64,000 nucleotides of DNA from an uncultured Methylomirabilota bacterium (GTDB taxonomy: Bacteria; Methylomirabilota; Methylomirabilia; Methylomirabilales; 2-02-FULL-66-22): contig CAWJSJ010000001.1 of NCBI GenBank assembly GCA_963845565.1, forward strand, positions 384,001 through 448,000, in the 5' to 3' direction. Below are positions 57,811-64,000 of the stretch, piece after piece. The notes below the pieces were generated by a model. The model was not told the DNA's origin. It saw only the letters and a program-made list of their open reading frames with translations, and made no database searches. Position numbers and translations under genes: made by a program. Position 1 is the stretch's first letter. The number at the start of each line of letters is the position of its first letter.

Positions 57811-58766
57811 TACTCGACCTTGACGCCGGCCACAGCCCAGACCTCGAAGCCCTTTCCGCCGGTGACATTTAGCCCATTGAGAGCATTGGCGTTCGGCGGA
57901 CCGGCCAGCAGCTTGTTGTTGCTCCCCAACCAGAGCAGGTGCGGGCCGCCGGAGAACGTCCACTTCCCGTACCGTGCGGGAACGAACCTCAATGGAACGT
58001 CCACTACGAACCCGAGATCGGCGAAGCCGAAGGTTTTGTCCGTCACTCCCGTTGCCGTGGCCACCTCGTAGTAATTATCGAGGCTGAGCCCCAAGACGAA
58101 GGGGAGATGGAATCGGGCCGACCAATTCTTGCTGAAGTCGACTGCGTACCCCGGGTCGATTCCGAACTCGAGGTAGATCCCGCGGTTGCCACCGTATGGG
58201 CTGGCCCCATCCGCACCCCCGGAAGTCTCGCCGGCGACGAGCATATAGGGAGTCAGGGCGAAATCCTGGTCGCCAGGCAACTTGAACGACCAGACGCCGC
58301 TGTCGTCGAAGCCCACCTTCCCGAAGACCTCCTGCACCTGCGCGGCCGAGCCGATGCCGGGATAGGCGTAGAGGTTCCAACCGCCTTCCAGTGTCAATCG
58401 TTTGAAGAAGACCAGACCGCCGGTCAGGTACAGGTCCTGCTCGTAGTAGTTGGTGCCGATGGGCGCCGCCACGGATTGGAAATGAGAGAAGCTAGCCGCC
58501 TTCACGTATCCTCCCGTGAGCACGTCCTTCTCGCTGCCCTCGTAGAGGTTGACCTTGAGTTCGAGATATGGCTGGAACTGGAACCCAGCATTGCTCTGCG
58601 CGATACCGCGGAAGTAATACGAGGTCGGGATGTTGAACACCCCGGTGAAGGAGAGGGCCCCGGTGTTCGGCGGCGGGGGCTCGTCTGCCGCCCACGCAGG
58701 AGCGCCCGTCAGTGCGAGGAGTGCCGCGAGGAGTATAACGGTGTAGCGCGACCACGTGAATGTCAT
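57807..58766 (-). CDS. Outer-membrane beta-barrel protein (TIGR02001/TorF-like)
   Basis: Signal peptide, SYYFRGIAQS...FQP motif, alternating beta strands, terminal aromatic residue (GVKVEY). Confidence 0.7.
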   Translation of the reverse strand: MTFTWSRYTVILLAALLALTGAPAWAADEPPPPNTGALSFTGVFNIPTSYYFRGIAQSNAGFQFQPYLELKVNLYEGSEKDVLTGGYVKAASFSHFQSVAAPIGTNYYEQDLYLTGGLVFFKRLTLEGGWNLYAYPGIGSAAQVQEVFGKVGFDDSGVWSFKLPGDQDFALTPYMLVAGETSGGADGASPYGGNRGIYLEFGIDPGYAVDFSKNWSARFHLPFVLGLSLDNYYEVATATGVTDKTFGFADLGFVVDVPLRFVPARYGKWTFSGGPHLLWLGSNNKLLAGPPNANALNGLNVTGGKGFEVWAVAGVKVEY

Positions 58767-58794
58767 GTCTGCTCCCTCTGCCTGAAGCGCGTGG

Positions 58795-58864
58795 AAAAAC
58801 GAGACGCCTGCGGGTTGCGAATCCGCAGGCGTCGTTGCCTCGGTGACGACCAACGGCGGTCGTC
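58795..58864 (-). promoter_or_regulatory. ANTAR-type dual hairpin overlapping an intrinsic terminator in the porin leader
   Basis: Minus strand: GACGACC-gccgtt-GGTCGTC, accg, AGGC-aacgac-GCCT; the second hairpin overlaps terminator GACGCCTGCGG..CCGCAGGCGTC-tcgttttt. Confidence 0.7.
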
Positions 58865-58908
58865 GGAGTCTGCTGCGACCGGAAGGGTAATCGTGCGCGC
58901 CCGTCCGG

Positions 58909-59499
58909 TCAGTGGGGCGCCATGCTCACCTCGGCGGACAGGATGATGGCCCGCGCGATCTCGGTCATGGGGCGCTGCGTGTCCATGCTCTTTCGGCGGA
59001 TACGGGCGTAGGCCTCGCGCTCGGAAAGTCGCCCCCCCTCCATCAGGAGGCCCTTCGCCCGCTCGATCACCTTTCGTGCCTCGACGCTCTGCCGCAGAAC
59101 GTCCAATTCCTGTCGGAGAGCCCTCAACTCCCGGAATCGACACACCGCAACCTCGAGCGTGCTGCGAAGCGTGGTTGCGCCAATCGGCTCTACCAGAACC
59201 CCCATGACGCCGGCCTGAGCGGCCAGGCCGAGCGGGACTGGTTCCAGGCCACCGGCTGCTACCAGGACGACGGGCACCCCGTGTTCGCCGGAGAGTCGAT
59301 CGGTCAGGCGCTCGCCCGATCCATTGCCGAGGGTTGCCGCAACCAGGGCCACATCAGGCGCCGTGTCGGCGGCGATGCGCACGGCGTCATCGGGCCCGGC
59401 AGCAAGACCGGCGATCCGGCAGTCCATCCCCCCCAGGCTTCGGGTGATCCGCGTTCGTCGGTCGGTATCCGGGTCCACCAGCAGAATTGAGAGTGTCAT
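58909..59499 (-). CDS. ANTAR-domain RNA antiterminator with pseudo-receiver (NasT/AmiR-like)
   Basis: RKVIERAKGLLM...SEREAY..IRRKSMD...M.EIA; receiver has Ala at the phospho-Asp position (PDVALVA). Confidence 0.9.
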   Translation of the reverse strand: MTLSILLVDPDTDRRTRITRSLGGMDCRIAGLAAGPDDAVRIAADTAPDVALVAATLGNGSGERLTDRLSGEHGVPVVLVAAGGLEPVPLGLAAQAGVMGVLVEPIGATTLRSTLEVAVCRFRELRALRQELDVLRQSVEARKVIERAKGLLMEGGRLSEREAYARIRRKSMDTQRPMTEIARAIILSAEVSMAPH

Positions 59500-59605
59500 T
59501 GCCGGTATCCCTCTCTCGGGATATCTCCGTTGCGGGGAGTCGCAGGGAGGGCCGGACCCCACGGTCGGGGACGAGGCCCTCCCTCCCGACACGACGTGAG
59601 ACCGC

Positions 59606-61174
59606 TTACGCCATTGGTGCCTTGGCCCTGACGAACGCGGGCTCGCCGATCGCGTCTGAGCGCTGGGGATTCGGGGTACCCCCGGGCGACCGGATCGCGG
59701 ACGCCACCTGGAAGTCGGGATAGGCGGTGATGCCGTGTTCTCCGACATCAAGGCCTTCATATTCCTCCTCGGGGCTGACGCGGATGCCCAGGAACACTTT
59801 CAGGATCCCCCAAGCAGCCAGCGAGATCAGGAAGGTGAAGACGCCGCTTCCAATCACACCGATGAGCTGCGCCACGAGAAGCTTGGTCCCGCCTCCGAAG
59901 AACAGGCCGTTTCCGGTCGTGTTCGGTACGAGGTCCTGGGCGAATAGTCCTACCGCAATCGTGCCGAAAACGCCGCAGACCAAATGGACAGAGGTCGCAC
60001 CGACCGGATCGTCAATCTTCACCTTGTCGAAGAACAACACCGCGAACACGACGAGGACGCCGGCGATGAGGCCGATGATCAGCGAGCTGCCCACACTCAC
60101 GAAGGCGCAGGACGCCGTGATGGCCACCAGGCCCGCCAGGCACCCATTGAGAGTCATGGACAGGTCCGGCTTCCCCAGGATCCACCAAGCCGCCAGCGTC
60201 GCGCTGAAGGCCGCCGCCGCCGCCGCGGTGTTGGTGGTGGTGGCAATCCGCGCGATGGCGTTCCAATCGGCGGCCATGGTGCTGCCGGGGTTGAACCCAA
60301 ACCAGCCGAACCACAGGACAAAGGTGCCGATGGTGGCCGCCGTCATGTTGTGGCCCGGAATAGGAGTCACGCGGCCATCTTTGCCGTACTTCCCCATCCG
60401 CGGGCCGAGCACGAGAATCCCGGCGAGGGCCGCCCATCCGCCGACCGAGTGCACGACGGCGGAGCCCGCAAAGTCAAACATGCCTAGTTTCGCCAGCCAA
60501 CCGCCACCCCATATCCAGTGACCCACCACGGGATAGATCAGGGCGACCATGACGAAAGAGAAGACGATGAATGCTCGGAACTGGATGCGCTCGGCGACGG
60601 CGCCCGAGACGATGGTGGCCGCCGTACCGGCGAACACGAGCTGGAAGAAGAACTTCGCCCAGAGGGGCACCCCGGTCCAGTTGATAGAGCCGTACACCCC
60701 TTTATACGCGTCCCCCATGGCCGGGCTGTTATCGACCCCGCTCACGAACCAGAGTCCTTGCGTGCCGAAAAAGGCGTTCCCGTCTCCGAACATCAAGCCC
60801 CAGCCGATAAAGAGGAAGGCCAGGGAGGACACGGCGAAGACAATGAAGTTCTTCGACAAGATGTTCACCGCATTCTTGGCCCGGCACAACCCGGACTCGA
60901 CCATGGCGAACCCCAAGTTCATAAAGAAGACCAGGAACGCAGTCACCAGGACCCAGATCGTGTCCATGGCGATCTTCATGTCCTTGATACCGTCCGCCAT
61001 CTCCTTGGTAAATGCCACCGCCGCCCCTGCGCCTGCCCCAGCGGCAGGTGTCGATATCGCTGCGTCCTTGGCAGGCTCTTCCGCCGCCCAAGGGGTGCCG
61101 ATCCCACCCAGAAGCAGACCAGCCGCCAAACCGAGGACCAACACCGTCCCCCACATGTTCCTCCAGTGCGCCAT
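59606..61174 (-). CDS. amtB: Ammonium transporter
   Basis: FFQLVFA, GAVAER, HWIWGGGWL, DFAGSAVVH, WFGWFGFN, DDPVGATSVH (both conserved His present). Confidence 0.97.
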   Translation of the reverse strand: MAHWRNMWGTVLVLGLAAGLLLGGIGTPWAAEEPAKDAAISTPAAGAGAGAAVAFTKEMADGIKDMKIAMDTIWVLVTAFLVFFMNLGFAMVESGLCRAKNAVNILSKNFIVFAVSSLAFLFIGWGLMFGDGNAFFGTQGLWFVSGVDNSPAMGDAYKGVYGSINWTGVPLWAKFFFQLVFAGTAATIVSGAVAERIQFRAFIVFSFVMVALIYPVVGHWIWGGGWLAKLGMFDFAGSAVVHSVGGWAALAGILVLGPRMGKYGKDGRVTPIPGHNMTAATIGTFVLWFGWFGFNPGSTMAADWNAIARIATTTNTAAAAAAFSATLAAWWILGKPDLSMTLNGCLAGLVAITASCAFVSVGSSLIIGLIAGVLVVFAVLFFDKVKIDDPVGATSVHLVCGVFGTIAVGLFAQDLVPNTTGNGLFFGGGTKLLVAQLIGVIGSGVFTFLISLAAWGILKVFLGIRVSPEEEYEGLDVGEHGITAYPDFQVASAIRSPGGTPNPQRSDAIGEPAFVRAKAPMA

Positions 61175-61209
61175 TGCGGTGTCTCCTTTCTCGCGTGATT
61201 TATCGTGCT

Positions 61210-61548
61210 CTAGATCGCGGCATCGCCAGTCTCGCCGGTGCGGATGCGCATGGCATTCACTATGTCGGTCACCATGATCTTCCCATCTCCGATCTTTCCC
61301 GTACGAGCGGCGTCGCTTGCCACCTTCATCACTTCCTCAAGTTTCACGTCCGAGACCAGGATTTCCAGACGGACCTTCGGAAGGAACGTGACCGTGTACT
61401 CGCTTCCCCGATACGTCTCTGTCTTGCCCTTCTGCCGACCAAAGCCTTTCACTTCCGTCACCGTCATCCCCTGGACGCCGATGTCCGTGAGCGCGTCCCG
61501 AACTTCATCGAGCTTGTGGGGTCTGATAATGAGGTCAAGTTTCTTCAT
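61210..61548 (-). CDS. glnK: PII nitrogen signalling protein
   Basis: [10 protein letters not shown]-loop YRGSEY (Tyr51), [15 protein letters not shown]; directly upstream of amtB. Confidence 0.93.
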   Translation of the reverse strand: MKKLDLIIRPHKLDEVRDALTDIGVQGMTVTEVKGFGRQKGKTETYRGSEYTVTFLPKVRLEILVSDVKLEEVMKVASDAARTGKIGDGKIMVTDIVNAMRIRTGETGDAAI

Positions 61549-61599
61549 GGCTGCTCCTTGCGCGAACGCCGCGCTGTGATCGCTCGCAGGCAAAGGAAG

Positions 61600-61614
61600 G
61601 CAAGAGGCGTGCCG
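61600..61614 (-). promoter_or_regulatory. Sigma-54 (-24/-12) promoter of glnK-amtB
   Basis: Minus strand CGGCACGCCTCTTGC, GG-N10-GC, close to consensus TGGCACG-N4-TTGC. Confidence 0.7.
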
Positions 61615-61863
61615 TGGCCGAAAGGCAGGTGGGCGATCCTCGGCAACTTCCCGCCGGAGCGCACCTTTCTGGCGTAGGCGTGACAAGGACGCGGTTGATT
61701 CTGGCCTGTGTCGTCCCATACGGATTTGGTCTGATACGACAAGAATGTAGGGTGTGACACGCCGGCGAAGTGTGGGGCCAGGCCGGATCGGCACCTGGTA
61801 ATGGGAGTAGGCATCCGACTCCGTCGATGGTCCCGACGGCACGCCCTGCCTGGAGGCGGCGAA

Positions 61864-63507
61864 CTATTTGACGGGCTGGAACGATCTGACGATCTGGTGT
61901 CTGCGAAGCCGGTAGGCAAGCTGGCGCGGGGTGATGCCAAGGACGGCAGCGGCCTTGACCTGGACGCCTTCGGCTTCGGTGAGCGCCTGGAGGATCTGAT
62001 GTCGTTCCGTTTCACGCAGGCTAGAAAGGGGAGGCGCCAAGGGCGAGGCAGCGTTCTTGGCACGGGCCTTCGCAGTGGCGCTCACTCGTTCGCCATGGTC
62101 GCTCTCGGGGTCCGTGGGCAAAAGCAGGTCTTCGGGAAGAATGAGGCGTCGGCGCGACATGATGACAAGTCGCTCGATGCAGTTTTCCAGCTCCCGCACG
62201 TTCCCCGGCCAATCGTAGTCGAGCATCTCCTGCAGAGCCCGGCCGGTGATGCGCACCTTCCGGTTGTTCTCCCGGTTGTATTTGGCGAGAAAGTGCTCGG
62301 TGAGCAGCGGGATATCCTCGCGACGCTCGCGGAGCGGTGGGAGGACGACGGGGACCACGTTCAGGCGATAGTACAGATCCTCTCGAAACTTTCCGGCGGC
62401 GATGGCGGCCTCGAGGTCCTGATGTGTGGCCGCGACGATCCGGACGTCCACGGCCACGGTCTGGGTTCCGCCCACGCGCTCGAAGGAACGCTCCTGGAGA
62501 ACGCGCAGGAGCTTGGCTTGGAGGTCCAGGGGGAGATCGCCGATCTCGTCCAGGAACAAGGTCCCGCTATCGGCGAGCTCGAATCGCCCCTTCTTGGTCG
62601 CGGTGGCCCCGGTGAAGGCACCCTTCTCGTGGCCGAAGAGCTCGCTTTCCAGGAGCGTCTGGGGGAGGGCGGCGCAATTGATCCTGATGAAAGGCCCCCC
62701 CGCGCGAGGCGAGTTGTGATGGATGGCGCGTGCCAGCAGCTCCTTGCCGGTCCCGCTCTCGCCGCGCAGGAGAACCGTGGCCCGGCTCTGGGAGACCTGG
62801 TGGATTGCCTCGTAGATCTCTCGCATCCGTTCGCTCTGGCCGACGACACTCTCCAGGCGGTAACGGCCATGCAGTGCCTGCTGCAGGTTTCGCGTCTGCT
62901 CCAGCAGCCCCTCGCGCTCGCGGACGACGTGTTGCTGGAGATTGACGCTTTGCCCGATCAACGAGGCCACGATGCTCAGCACGCGCACGTCTTCCTCGAA
63001 CGAGACGCGCTCCGCAAAAAGGCGGTCCACGGTCAGGACTCCGATAGCCGCCCCCCCGACCTTGATGGGCACGGCGATGAAGGCAACCGTCTGGGCGGCA
63101 AGGTCGCCTCGCGAGCGCGTGCGATCCAGAAACTCGGGCTCGGCGCCGATGTCGGGAATGACCATGGGGAGCCCGTGCAGCATGACCTTGCCCAGGATCC
63201 CTTCGCCCTTGTGATATCTTCCGCGGATGATCTCTTCCGGCGTCATTCCGACTGCCACACGGATGGACAGTTCATCCTGCAGCGCGTCGTAGAGCAGGAT
63301 CGTCCCCTTCCGCATCCCCATGAAGGCATTGAGAATCCGCAATATGGCGGAGAGGTTCTGCTCCAGCTCCAGCGACGATCCCAGGATCTTGCTGATCTCG
63401 TACAGTGTGGTGAGCTCCAGGACGCGTCGGTCCAGCTGGTCGCGTTCGGATGGACGCGCCGCCGCTGCCGTTGTGACTGGTGTCGAAATGGTGACCGGGC
63501 CGCTCAT
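61864..63507 (-). CDS. GAF-AAA+-HTH sigma-54 activator, NifA-like
   Basis: GAF ([23 protein letters not shown]), [36 protein letters not shown]. Confidence 0.88.
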   Translation of the reverse strand: MSGPVTISTPVTTAAAARPSERDQLDRRVLELTTLYEISKILGSSLELEQNLSAILRILNAFMGMRKGTILLYDALQDELSIRVAVGMTPEEIIRGRYHKGEGILGKVMLHGLPMVIPDIGAEPEFLDRTRSRGDLAAQTVAFIAVPIKVGGAAIGVLTVDRLFAERVSFEEDVRVLSIVASLIGQSVNLQQHVVREREGLLEQTRNLQQALHGRYRLESVVGQSERMREIYEAIHQVSQSRATVLLRGESGTGKELLARAIHHNSPRAGGPFIRINCAALPQTLLESELFGHEKGAFTGATATKKGRFELADSGTLFLDEIGDLPLDLQAKLLRVLQERSFERVGGTQTVAVDVRIVAATHQDLEAAIAAGKFREDLYYRLNVVPVVLPPLRERREDIPLLTEHFLAKYNRENNRKVRITGRALQEMLDYDWPGNVRELENCIERLVIMSRRRLILPEDLLLPTDPESDHGERVSATAKARAKNAASPLAPPLSSLRETERHQILQALTEAEGVQVKAAAVLGITPRQLAYRLRRHQIVRSFQPVK

Positions 63508-63521
63508 GGATGAATCAGGAG

Positions 63522-63536
63522 GCAGCTTCTATGCCA
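63522..63536 (-). promoter_or_regulatory. Candidate sigma-54 promoter of the NifA-like gene
   Basis: Minus strand TGGCATAGAAGCTGC (GG-N10-GC), 14 nt before the ATG. Confidence 0.55.
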
Positions 63537-63916
63537 TACCGTGTCGTGTCGCTCTTGGGGAATGTTGGGTAGTGTTTCTAAATAGTTACGAACTACAGAG
63601 GGTAACGGCGTCAGCCGGGGAAATCGTCCGCTGCCCGCCGGTTCGGCGGGTGGCGGTATTCCTGCCTAGTTTTCAGTCAGCGATGCGCAGCGCCGGGACC
63701 CGGGACGAAAATCCGACGAGGGCTTGGGCTTGACAGTGGTAGGCGCACAGGGATAGAGTGGTCCCGGTTCTGGCACGTGACGTTGGGATTTCGCCGGGAA
63801 GTCGCCTCGTCGTCACGTGGAGATGCCAGACTTCGACGCTTCGGCGGTCGGTGCGGGGCGCACGGCTGTCGTGGACGGTGGATCCGACGAACCCCGGGGG
63901 GGGAAGGAGGGCACCC

Positions 63917-64000
63917 ATGAGGCGGTTGATGTTGGGGGTCGCAGTGTTTGGGCTCGGACTCACGTTGATGGCGTGGGGATCCTCGGGGCCGGCGTTGGCG
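63917..64000 (+). CDS. Start of a secreted protein (truncated by window end)
   Basis: AAGGAGG RBS; MRRLMLGVAVFGLGLTLMAWGSSGPALA signal-peptide pattern; TTGACA-N18-TAGAGT at 63730-63759. Confidence 0.65.
   Translation, partial: MRRLMLGVAVFGLGLTLMAWGSSGPALA

Noticed and set aside
59544..59584. Hairpin between amtB and the ANTAR gene as an ANTAR target or terminator
   Set aside because: Loop lacks the A1/G4 pattern and there is no U-tract; may be an mRNA stability stem
61700..61760. NifA upstream activator site (TGT-N10-ACA) before glnK
   Set aside because: Only half-sites (TGTCGT...ACGACA) with non-canonical spacing; cannot be supported by eye
61864..63507. Evidence of nitrogen fixation
   Set aside because: A NifA-like regulator alone is insufficient; no nif structural genes in the window

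Overview
GC-rich bacterial chromosome segment from a diderm (Tol system, outer-membrane beta-barrel, sigma-54 regulators). The gene order tilS-hpt-ftsH-cdaA-cdaR-glmM-pdxJ-acpS-nnr-tsaE resembles deltaproteobacteria/Nitrospirota/NC10-type genomes; taxonomy is inference only. Most of the window is housekeeping: ispH/hpnD, bacillithiol bshC-bshA, tolQRAB-cpoB without pal, a solitary dnaA next to a DnaA-box cluster (probable oriC), a Liv-type ABC transporter, clpB, a c-di-AMP operon, tsaE/tsaB/rimI and rmlA/rmlD/arnC/arnD-like genes. Four things stand out. (1) A ~105-bp structured element occurs five times in the same orientation, with TAA-unit1-TAA-unit2-TAA architecture, and supplies the stop codon of four host genes. 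(2) A decaying integron at 43.4-47.4 kb has a truncated intI facing seven attC sites and six cassettes, including HigBA. (3) A PdxJ homologue has lost almost all recalled catalytic residues. (4) A layered nitrogen-control island (ntrBC, NifA-like activator, glnK-amtB, ANTAR protein, porin) carries two sigma-54 promoters and an ANTAR-type hairpin/terminator leader. No tRNA, rRNA or CRISPR array was recognised. Product calls come from motif recognition by eye, not database searches.
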